A stretch of DNA of 64,000 nt, taken from contig NW_026948178.1 in NCBI RefSeq assembly GCF_963921235.1, forward strand, positions 372,001 through 436,000, given 5' to 3'. Origin of the DNA: Mobula hypostoma (lineage: Eukaryota). The notes beneath the pieces were generated by a model, which did no database searches, had not been told where the DNA came from, and saw only the letters and a program-made list of their open reading frames with translations. Numbering within the stretch: position 1 is the first letter of the stretch; the number at the start of each line of letters is the position of its first letter. Made by a program: the position numbers and the translations under genes. Shown here one piece after another: positions 35,048 through 47,100 of this stretch.

Positions 35048-37932
35048 TCTTCTGAGGTGTATATATTTCAATGCTAGGAGTAATGCGGGGAAGGCGGGTG
35101 AGTTGAGAGCGTGGATTGACACGTGGAATTATGATATTATATCAATTAGTGAAACTTGGCTACAGGAGGGGCAGGACTGGCAGCTTAATATTCCAGGGTT
35201 CCGATGTTTCAGATGGGATCGAGGTAGAGGAATGAAAGGTGGGGGATTAGCATTGCTTGTTAGGGAAAATATTACAGCAGTTGTCAGGCTGGACAGATTA
35301 GAGGGCTTGTCTACTGAGTCTTTATGGGTGGAGCTGGGAAACAGGAAAGGTATGGCCACATTAGTGGGATTGTATTACAGAACACCCAATAGTCAATGAG
35401 AATTGGAAGAGCAAATCTGCAGAGAGATAGCAGGCAACTGCAGGAAACATAAAGTTCTGGTGGTAGGGGATTTTAATTTTCCATATATTGATTGGTTCTC
35501 CCATACCTTTAGAGATCTAGATGGTTTAGAGTTTGTAAAATGTATTCAGGAAAGTTTTCTAAATCAATATATAGAGGGACCAACTGGAGGGGATGCAATA
35601 TTGGATCTCCTGTTAGGAAACGAGTTAGGACAAGTGACAGAAGTCTGTGTAGGGGAGCACTTTGGTTCCAGTGATCATAACACCATTAAATTCAACTTGA
35701 TCATGGACAAGGATAGATCTGGTCCTAGGGTAGAGGTTCTTAACTGGAAGAAGGCCAGAATTGAAAAAAATGAGAAAGGATCTAAAAAGCGTGGTTTGGG
35801 ACAGGTTGTTCTCTGGCAAGGACGTGATCGGTAGGTGGGAAGCCTTCAAAGGAGAAATTCTGAGACTGCAGAATTTGTATGTTCCTGTCAGGATTAAAGG
35901 CAAAGTGAATAGGAATAAGGAACCTTTGTTCTTAAGGGATATTGCAACTCTGATAAAGAAGAAGAGGGAGTTGTATGACATGTATAAGAAACAGAGAGTA
36001 AATAAGGTGCTTGAGGAGTATAAGAAGTGCAAGAAAATACTTCAGAAAGTAATCAGGAGGGTAAAAGAAGACATGAGGTTGCATTGGCAGTCAAAGTGAA
36101 GGATAATCCAAAGAGCTTTTACAGGTATATTAAGAGCAAAAGGATTGTAAGGGATGAAATTGGTCCTCTTGAAGTTCAGAGTGGTCGGCTATGTGCGGAA
36201 CCAAAGGAAATGGGGGAGATATTAAATATCTTTTGCTTCTGTATTTACTAAGGAAACTGGCATGAAGTCTTTGGAATTAAGGGAAACAAGTAATGAGATC
36301 ATGGAGACTGTACAGATCGAAAAGGAGGAGGTCCTTGCTGTCGTGAGGAAAATTAAAGTGGATAAATCCCCGGGTCCTGACAGGGTGTTCCCTCGGACCT
36401 TGCAGGAGACTAGTCTTGAAATTGCAGGGGCCCTGGCAGAAATATTTAAAAAGTCGCTGTCTCTTCGTGAGGTGCTGGAGAGTTGGAGAGTGGCTCCTGT
36501 TGTTCCGTTGTTTGAAAAAGGATCGAAAAGTAATCCGGGAAATTATAGGCCAGTAAATTTAACGTCGATAGTAGGTAAGTTATTGGAGAGAGTACCAAAA
36601 GACAGAATCTACAAGCATTTGGATAGACAGGGACAAATTAGGGAGAGTCAACATGGCTTTGTGCGTGGTAGGTCATGTTTGACCAATGTATTGGAGTTTT
36701 TCGAGGAGGTTACCAGGAAAGTGGATGAAGGGAAGGCAGTGGATATTGTCTACATGGACTTCAGTAAGGCCTTTGACAAGGTCCCGCATGGGAGGTTCTT
36801 AAGGAAAATTCAGTCGCTAGGTATACATGGAGAGGTGGTAAATTGGATTAGACATTGGCTCAATGGAAAAAGCCAAAGAGTGGTAGTAGAGAATTGCTTC
36901 ACCGAGTGGAGGCCTGTGACTAGTGGTATGCTACAGGTATCAGTGCTGGGTCCCTTGTTATTTGTCATCTATATCAATGATTTGGATAATAATGTGGTAA
37001 ATTGGATCAGCAAATTTGCAGATGATACTAAGATTTGAGGTGTAGTAGACAGTGAGGAAAGTTTTCAGAGCCTGCAGAAGGACTTGGACCAGCTGGAAAA
37101 ATGGGCTGAAAATTGGCAGATGGAGTATAATACAGACAAGTGTGAGGTATTGCACGTTGGAAGGACAAACCAAGGTAGAACAAACAGGGTTAATGGTAAG
37201 GCACTGAGGAGTGCAGTGGAACAGAGGGATCTGGGAAAACAGATGCAAAATTCCCTCAAAGTGGCGTTACAGGTAGATAGGGTCGTAAAGTGAGCTTTTG
37301 GTACATTGGCCTTTATTAATTGAAGTATTGAGTATTAGAGCTGGATTGTTATGATGAGGTTGTACAAGGCATTGGTGAGGCCGAATCTGGAGTATTGTGT
37401 TCAGTTTTGGTCACCAAATTACAGGAAGTATATAAATAAGGTTGAAAGAGTGCAGAGAAGGTTTACAAGAATGTTGCCGGGACTTGAGAATCTCTGTTAC
37501 AGAGAAAGGTTGAAAATGTTATGACTTTATTCCCTGGAGCGTAGAAGAATGAGGGGAGATTTGATAGAGGTATATAAAATTATGATGGGTATTGTAAGAG
37601 TGAATGCAAGCAGGCTTTTTCCACTGAGGCAAGGGGAGAAAAAAAAAAGGACATGGGTTAAGGGTGAGGGGGGAAAAGTTTAAAGGGAACATTAGTGGGG
37701 CTTCTTAACACAGAGAGTGGTGGGAGTATGGAATGAGCTGCCAGACGAGGTGGTAAATGCGGGATCTTTTTTAACATTTAAGAATAAATTGGACAGATAC
37801 ATGGACGGGATGTTTATGCAGTGATATGGACCGTGTGCAGGTCAGTGGGACTAGGCAGACAATGGTTCGGCACAGCCAATAAGGGCCAAAAAGCTTGTTT
37901 CTGTGCTGTAGTTTCTATGGTTTCTATGGTTT
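35048..37932 (+). mobile_element. CR1 LINE, duplicate of 311-3195
   Basis: Same disabling mutations as the first copy. Confidence 0.95.
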
Positions 37933-37976
37933 AACAGCACACAAGGTTTGATTCAGATCTGAGCAGAGTCCAGATT

Positions 37977-38093
37977 CTCTGATCCAATCAGCGCTGCCGC
38001 TTGTGACGTCAGCATCCAATTATCTGACGCGCAAACCCGGAAGTGCGGCTCAGTCTCCGAGTGTAACAGAGATCGGCGCTGCTCTCTGTCGGG
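37977..38093 (+). promoter_or_regulatory. Promoter of gene B proximal cassette (CCAAT, CRE, ETS)
   Basis: Near-identical copy of 3240-3356. Confidence 0.65.
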
Positions 38094-38145
38094 ATGTCGG
38101 GACTGCCCTTCGCAGCGCTCCTTCTGTGTCTCTGCATAACGGCGG
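38094..38145 (+). CDS. Gene B leader exon MSGLPFAALLLCLCITA(G)
   Basis: ATG 38094; donor G|gtgagg. Confidence 0.85.
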
Positions 38146-41100
38146 GTGAGGATCACTCTCTCTAACCAGTAGTGATCGTATCATCAACAGAACGACGGGT
38201 AGTTAGGTGAATGAAGGTGATTTTATAATTATCGACCGTACTGAGCTGAGAACCGATCCCTGGTATCTGTACAGACTGAGTTAAGTGCAGTTTCTCACGA
38301 CTATCTGCGTCGGTCGCTTTTCCCTCATATGATTTTCTCTTTCTCAGGTGAGTCCCAGCAGTTTACTATTACCGTTGAGCACAGCCAGATAAATGTCCCC
38401 GTTGGGGGTGATGCGCTTTTTTCAGTACGGCCGTCGTCCATGGTCAGCAGGGGAGACTGGTCTGTTAATGGGATTTTAGCCGTCTGGTGGATCGATCAGA
38501 CCGTGTCTGTTGACAATGTTTACAAAACGCGGGCAGAGTTATTCACCTCCAATGGGTCGCTTCTGCTGAAATCGGTGAAAGTGCGGGACAGCGGGGAATA
38601 CCGTGTGAATATGATTCCAGTCAGTGGCTCCCAAAGCTCAGCGACCATCACTCTGCGTGTTATTGGTAAGTGAGACAGAGTTATACACAGTCATGCGATC
38701 TCGGACTGTAAATTTCATTTTATTCCTGTGGTGAAAGAATACAATATAACCATTACGGTATCGCAGAACCTGGACTCCAGTGAACTCTGCCAGACCTATT
38801 TTCGGACTGTTCAGTTCTCACTGTTTTGCGTGGCTGTGTATCGCCGTTTCTGTTTGCAGGTTCTCCGCACTTGTCTTTGCCGAATGTCAGTTCAGCTTTT
38901 AAGTCTACCAAATAACATTTTTTGCTGTATTATACTGTATTTTTTTTTAAACGGACTGTTTTTCAAGTCAGCTGGAAACGATCAGTTCTAAATCATCCAC
39001 CTGAAAGTTTAACGATGCGCCCCTCCCCGGTGCCGCCCACATGTCTATGAAAGTATATTGACAGCATTCTGTAGTTTTATCTCTCATCTGTGCATCGGTA
39101 GTATTTTACTTTAAGCGGAATGTATATTCTTGGAGCCATCATTTCAGCACAGTACGATACGCGTGATACATGGTATTAGTATTTTGACAGAAGCCGTATC
39201 CTGGCCCAACACCACATCAAATGCCGCTGGCTCTGTAGAACACAATGACACGGTCAGTGTCGCTTGCTCGGCAAGAGGGGGACATGCTCCTTATTCGTGG
39301 TTAATGAAAAGCAAGACAGTTAGCTCTGCCGTTAGGATTACGGTGAGCAGCACATCGACTGAACGTTTACTGCCAGTGTCGCTGTATTAGACCATGTGTC
39401 AAACATTGATTCTATTTTCAAAGGAAACTTCGAGGCTCCGACACCGAGCCGGGAGCACCCCCTCTGCCGAGTGGCTTATGTTCACATGTTCCACGGAACA
39501 ATTATGCTATAACCAAGTGCAATTCCGTTTATTCTGCTTTGATATTTGCTGCAGTGGGTAACCTCTGAGAGGAGAATATGTTGCTCACCGTCCCCTTAGT
39601 GAGTTCATTCCAGAGAAATCCATCAAACCAGAACGTGCTGCAGACGGGACGGGGTCAAACACGATTTGCCCCTTTTCGGCTGTATCCGACCCCTGTGGTC
39701 CTTTTACAATAATCTGGACAGCGTTGCATATTTGTCGATTTATCCCCATATTTTTATTTACGTGTGAGCATTTAACAATGCAAACCAACTATCCAGCTCA
39801 GTACACGAAATAATTTCTTCTAGGATACCGTTTGTATTATCCCCAGAGGTGGACAAAAAGTGTCTAACTTGCGTATCCATGAACACAGAGTTTATTTTTA
39901 TTTTTTTCAGTTATCAGCATCTGGTAAGGTGGAGTCCGGTGCTGAGTAAGATATTCTGATGTGTGTCATTACGCAGTACTGGGCTTGCAACGCATACTTT
40001 TAAGACGAACCCCAAATTATATCTAAAAGTTGCTGGTGAACGCAGGAGGCCAGGCGGCATCTCTAGGAAGAGGTGCAGTCGACGTTTCAGGCCGAGACCC
40101 TTCGTCAGGACTAACTGAAAGAAGAGTGAGTAAGGGATTTGAAAGTTGGAGCAGGAGGGGTGGGGGCCATGGAACTGAAAATCATCGAATTTTAAGTTCC
40201 CTGGCGCCCACCGCTTTATTTTCACCATGGATGTCCAGTCCCTATATACTTCCATCCCCCATCAGGAAGGTCTCAAAGCTCTACGCTTCTTGTTGGTTTC
40301 CAGCCCTAATCAGTTCCCCTCTACCACCACCCTGCTCCGTCTAGCGGAATTAGTCCTTACTCTTAATAATTTCTCCTTTGGCTCCTCCCACTTCCTCCAA
40401 ACTAAAGGTGTAGCTATGGGCACCCGTATGGGTCCTAGCTCTGCCTGCCTTTTTGTTGGCTTTGTGGAACAATCTATGTTCCGTGTCTATTCTGCTATCT
40501 GTCCCCCACTTTTCCTTCGCTACATCGATGACTGCATTGGCGCTGTTTCCTGCAGGCATGCAGAGCGCGTTGACTTTATTAACTTTGCCTCCAACTTTCA
40601 CCCTGCCCTCAAGTTTACCTGGTCCATTTCCGACACCTCCCTCCCCTTTCTAGATCTTTCTGTCTCTGTCTCTGGAGACAGCTTATCCACTGATGTCTAC
40701 TATAAGCCTACTGACTCTCACAGCTATCTGGACTATTCCTCTTCTCACCCTGTCTCTTGCAAAAACGCCATCCCCATCTCGCAATTCCTCCGTCTCCGCC
40801 GCATCTGCTCTCAGGATGAGGCTTTTCATTCTAGGAAGAGGGAGATGTCTTCCTTTTTTAAAGAAAGGGGCTTCCCTCCCTCCACTATCAACTCTGCTCT
40901 TAAAAGCATACTCCCCCATTTCACGTACATCTGGTCTCACTCCATCCTCCCGCCACCCCACTAGGAATAGGGTTCCCCTGGTCCTCACCTACCACCCCAC
41001 CAGCCTCCGGGTCCAACATATTATTCTCCATAACTTCCGCCACCTCCAACGGGATCCCACCACTAAGCACATCTATCGCTCCACCAATTTCTCTGCATTC

Positions 41101-44100
41101 CGCAGAGATCGCTCCCTACACAACTCCCTTGCCCATTCGTTCCCCCTCCCATCCCTCCCCACTGATCTCCCTCCTGGCACTTATCCGTGTAAGCGGAACA
41201 AGTGTTACACATGCCCTTACACTTCCTCCCTTACCACCATTCAGGGCCCCAAACAGTCCTTCCAGGTGAGGCATCACTTTACCTGTGAGTCGACTGGGGT
41301 GATAGACTGCGTCCGGTGCTTCCGATCTGGCCTCTTATATATTGCCGCAGACTGGGAGTCGTTTGCTGAACATCTACGCTCTGTCCGCCAGAGAAAGCAG
41401 GATCTCCCAGTGGCCAGACATTTTAATTCCACATCCCATTCACATTCTGACAGTTCTATCCACGGCCTCCTCTACTGTAAAGATGAAGCCACACTCAGGT
41501 TGGAGGAACAACACCTTATATTCCGACTGGGTAGCCTCCAACCTGATGGCATGAACATCGACTTCTCTAACTACCGCTAATGCCCCACCTCCCCCTCGTA
41601 CCCCACTGTTACTTATTTTTATACACACATTATTTCTCTCACTCTCCTTTTTCTCCCTCTGTCCCTCTGAATATACCCCTTGCTCATCCTCTGGATCCTC
41701 CCCCCCCCCCCCCGCCACCTCCTTGCCTTTCTTCCCGGACCTCCTGTCCCATGATCCTCTCGTATCCCTTTTGCCTATCACCTGTCCAGCTCTTGGCTCT
41801 ATCCCTTCCCCTCCTGTCTTCTCCTATCATTTTGGATCCCCCCTCCCCCTCCCACTTTCAAATCCCTTACTCACTCTTCCTTCAGTTAGTCCTGACGTAG
41901 GGTCTCGGCCTGAAACGTCGACTGCACCTCTTCATAGAGATGCTGCCTGGCCTGCTGCGTTCACCAGCAACTTTTATGTGTGTTGGTTGAATTTCCAGCA
42001 TCTGCAGAATTCCTGTTGTTCCCAAATTATATCTGTTCCGTCTCGTGTGATAACAATTTCCATTGGCTCCAAAACATTAACATTAACACTGAACTTTGGA
42101 TCATTTCAGTAGCGATAGATTCTCTGGATGATATTAGAAACTGTTGTCAGTATTTCTGTTCTGTGTTTGCCAGTGATTATGCATCATCTTTCTCATTGCC
42201 AAGTGACCCTTGCCTGAAGTGAATCATTTCCTACTTCCTCCTTCACGAGCTCCATTGATTTGCCATTTTTGTCGGGTTTGTTTTTGACATATGCAATTTC
42301 AAAACGCCATGGCGTCGCAGATTAAAACAGAGAGACAATATGGTTAATCTTCAACATCATGATCATAATGTAAGTCCTTCATCCTGAAGCCGCAAGCGGT
42401 CCAGAAAATGATTCACAATCGTCCAACTGGAATGGGAGTCTCTTGAACTTAGGAGGGTGGTTCGACCGAGACCTTACTCTCCGAGCGTGGCAGGTCGTGG
42501 CATGATCATACAGAAGTTTCTAAAATCACGAAAGGCACAAGTAATTTCGATGTTCACCTATTTTAGCAGGCTACAGTGGTCTAAAATAAAGAACTTAGAT
42601 TCATAGCTAGTGAGGTAAAGTAAAAGGGACAGCCTTATGCACAATGTGTTCCGCAAATGCTAGGAACTGCCAAAGGGAATGCTGGAGATGCGTGGAAATA
42701 TAATGTTCAGAAATCATGTAGACAACAGAAGTATATAACAGTTTATACATGGTCCAGTTGCAGGCAAATGGGAATAGTTCAACGAAATAGCTTGGTCAGC
42801 ATGAACGAGATCGGCAGAAGGGTCCTTGAGGCGATGAATGATATGGCTACACCTGAAGGGAGAGAATTTCAACATACTGTCTCTGAGTAAGCGATGAATA
42901 AAGAATGAAGTCACTTGTCTCAATTCTAGTGTCTCCATCTCAATCCTTAACTCAATCAAGTGGAATTATTTGTTAATGTTTACTTATTATGGAGAATAAT
43001 GATTTTATTTTAAGATTCAGAACAGAAGCCATAAACTGCCGGATTCTATTCCTGGGTCGTTCATTAACTTCTCCTGTCTGTTTTAACAGAACCTGTTTCC
43101 AATGTCACCGTAACATCTAATGCCACCAGACTGATAGAGTACAATGACACCGTCACTCTAACCTGCCTCGCAAGAGGCACGGCAGTCTCTTACCTGTGGC
43201 TTGAGGAGAATAGCATGATAATTCCTGGCGGCAGGATTGAACTAAGTGCGGACAACAGCACACTTATTGTTTCTGGAGTGCTACGGACAGACGGAACTTT
43301 CACCTGCAGAGCAAACAACCTGATTATTGAAATCACAAGCGCTCCGTTTTCTCTCGATGTCAACTGTAAGCACCCCGAGAGTTCCGTAGTAACACATAAT
43401 ATTACAGGTCGCGCTAGATACAGGGTTCCGGGAGTGTGTGATTATATCATTGAACGTTACATCAATGGACTAACACCGGAACAACTGAACAGTTAATTGG
43501 GAGACGGATCGGGGTCTATCGATATGCTTATGAGTGATGTGCATTGTATCCAGGTTGGAGAAGGAGACGGGTTTGGGGATAGGAGGTAACTGTGCATAGT
43601 TTCTTAAAACGTGTTTAATCTGACACTGTGACCTGACTCCCCTATTTACCGCGGGTGGCTTCCAGACCAATGCCGCCGTCGTTGTGTGGGAGCACTTTCT
43701 CTGCTGGTGGGCTGTTCTTCCTCTCGCGGCAAGAGGAATCCGTTTTGTCCGTTTCATTTCAGACGGACCGGATCGTCCACATATCATCACTGAACCGGAC
43801 TCTACTCTTCACGTTGCCGGAAGCAGCGTATCGTTAACATGTTTCACACTGTCGCACCCAGACGCTGAACTGAATTGGCAACTGAACGGTGCCCATCTCC
43901 AAAGTGGGCAGCTTCTCATCCTCGACAACATCTCTGTGAGCCAGACGGGAAGGTATACTTGTGAGGCTTATAACATGCTTACAATGAAGAAAAATTCCTC
44001 AACCAGGGAAATTGATGTTTACGGTAGGTAGTCTGCTCCTCCCTTTGTTGAGGTCGTATATAGCGGCGTTGGTGCAGCCAGGGCAGTGTAATTGAACTGA

Positions 44101-47100
44101 ATGCCTAAACCCGATTAGAATATTGACTAACAACCTTAATCCACAACGGTGAACATTGATGAAACAGAGTATTGATTAAGAGGCAAATCGGAATTGTTTT
44201 GACTTGTCGATTAAACTACAAATATTTACTTGCTGCAGTTAGGACCATAAGGCCATAAGGCATAGGCAGGAGATTTAGACAACTGGGCAATGGAGTCTGC
44301 TCCGCCATTTCATCGTGGTTAATCTAATATTCCTCACAGTTCCAATTACTGTACAAGCCTTCTCTGCATATGCATTGATGCACTGACCAATCAAGAATCT
44401 ATCATCCTCTCTTTACACTTACGGAAGGACATGGCCTCTACAGCTTCCCATGAAACATAATTTCCAGATTGACCACCCTCAGGCGAAATAAATTCCCTTT
44501 CGTCTCCGTTCTAAAAGGACGCCACTCTATTTAAAAGGTGTGCCTTTTGGTTTTAAACTCACCGCCATGGGAAACATCCTCTCCACATCCACTCTAATAA
44601 GGCCTTTCACAATTCGATAGGTCTCATGACGTCACCCCATATTCTTCTGATTTCCAGTCGGCAGAGGCCCAAAACCATCAAACACTCTGCTTATGAAAAG
44701 TTGTTCAATCCTGTTCATTCCACGAACTCACCACTCTCTGCGTAAAAAAAAACAAAAAAAAAACTTACGCCTGAGATCTCCTCTGTACCTACTCGCCAGC
44801 ACCTTAACCCTGCGCGCTCCTGTGGCAGCCATTTCAGCCCTGGAAAAATTCTCTGATTATCCACAGGATCGATTGCTCTCATCATCTGAGACTCCTCTAT
44901 CAGGTCACCTCTCATCCTCCGTCACTCCAAGGAGAAAAGGCCGAGTTTACTCCACCTATTCTCATAACGGGTTCTCCACGATCCAGGCAATATCCTTGTA
45001 AATCTCATCTGCCCCCTTTCTATGGCGGTCACATCCCTTCTATAGTGAAACAACCAGAACTAAACACAGCACCGCAAGTGGGGTCTGAAGAGGAACCTAT
45101 ATAGCTGCAACATTACCTCCCGGCTTCTAAATTCGATTCCACGATTAATGAAGGCCAATACAATGCATTCTCAACCACAGAGGTGACCTGAGCAGCTGCT
45201 TTGAGCGTCCTATCGTCTCGGACCCCAAGATCCCCCTGATCCTCCACACTGCCAAGAGTCTTACCATTAATACCGCATTCTGCCTTCATATTTGATCTAC
45301 CAAAATGAACCACTTCACGCTTATCTGTGTTGAACTCCGTCTGCCAGTTCTCCGCACAGTTTTCCATCCTACCAATGCTCTTCTGTAACTTCCGACAGCT
45401 CTCCACACTATCCACAACTCCCCCAACCTTTGTGACATCAGCTAACTTACTAACCCAACCCTCCGCTTCCTCATCCAGGTCATGTATGAACATCACGTAG
45501 AGTAAGAGTCCCAGAACGGATCCCCGAGGCACCTCACTGGTCACCGACCTCCAGGCAGAATATGAACCGTCTACGAACACGCTTTGTCTCATGTGCGCAA
45601 GCAGGTTCTGGATCCACGAAGCATGTACATGTTGCAGATCAAAGCAAGTGTAAAAGTGTTTGCATTTAATTGTATTTACAGAGCCGGTGACCGGTGTTAC
45701 TGTGGTGGCCAATGATTCCACTCCCCTGGAAAATCTTGATACCATCGCACTGAGTTGTGACGCGTCGGGCCCTGTTCAGGCCCGGGCATGGTTCAAGGAT
45801 AACCAACCCATCCAGGAAAACAACAGAATATTTACATCATCCGGGAAGGCGAAACTGATTATAATCAGTGTTTACAGAAACGACGCAGGGACGTACAAGT
45901 GCATCGCCAGCAACTCTTTCAGCAGTGGCTCTGGAGAGACCTACGTGCAAGTTTACTGTAAGTACTCAGTAAATCAACCGCGTTCATTTGTATCCGATAT
46001 TACATTTATCAAGATATGTAATCATTGTGGGGCGACCACATAAGAACGGAATATCCCGGATCCAGCGAGATATCACTCTAATCAGCATTTTTTTTTTTTC
46101 ATTTTAGATGGACCAGAGATGATCAGAATTGTACCGGAGCGTCCAGTTGTGTCCAATACTGTGTCAAACCTGACATTAACTTGCTTTGCTCTGTCAGTCC
46201 CCTGGGGCATATATGTATGGTACAACGGGAACAATCTCCTGCAGACAGGGCAGGAACTCCGTCTTTTGTCAGCCAGAATGGTTGACGTTGGGAGTTATAC
46301 ATGTCGGGTTACTAACCGCGTAACCAACAGGAACAGTAACCTTACTGTCCATGTCACCGCAGAAGGTGAGTGAATGTGTCTCTTATTCGTCCATGTAAAC
46401 CCGATGGTCAAAGATCCAAACCATTTCCCTCTCACGCCCTCCTCACGCCGTACCTTCATTCCCCCTTCCAAATTGCTTATCAGAGAGAATAATAATTGAT
46501 TTAAAGAGATTAAATATCGAGAGCAGCGACCAGAACTTTCGGGAGTTTCTAAAAAAAAAGATGAGTTTTCGCCATGTACAATATATGCTTGTTTTCTGTG
46601 TTAGCACCAAAAACAGATGACAATATCACCCTCACCGCCGGCGCGATCGTGGGCATTGTACTTGGTTTACTTGGCATGGGCCTGATCGGGGGAGTCACTG
46701 GATGGTTCATCGCAAGGAAAACGAGCGGGTAAACTCATCGCTCTCCGAATCTCGTTTCTACCTTTAATTATTTCATATAAACATAGAAACGTAGAAACCT
46801 ACAACACAAAACAGGCCTATCGGCCCGTGAAGAAATTACTAGACATCCCCATATCCCTCTATTTTACTGAGCTTCATGTACCTATCTAAAAGCCCCTTAA
46901 AAGACCAGATCTTATCCGCCTCCAACACCATTGCCGGCAGCCCCTTCCACGCACTCACCACACTCTGAGTAAAAAAAACTTACCTGTAATATCTCCTCTG
47001 TACCTATTCCCCAACACCTTAAACTTGTGTTCACTTGTTTCAACCATTTCAGCCTTGAGAAAGAGCCTCTGACTATCCACACGGTCAGTGCCTCTCATCA

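Larger units (their letters stand above)
34738..39765 (+). repeat. Segmental duplication copy 2
   Basis: Matches 1-5020. Confidence 0.95.
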
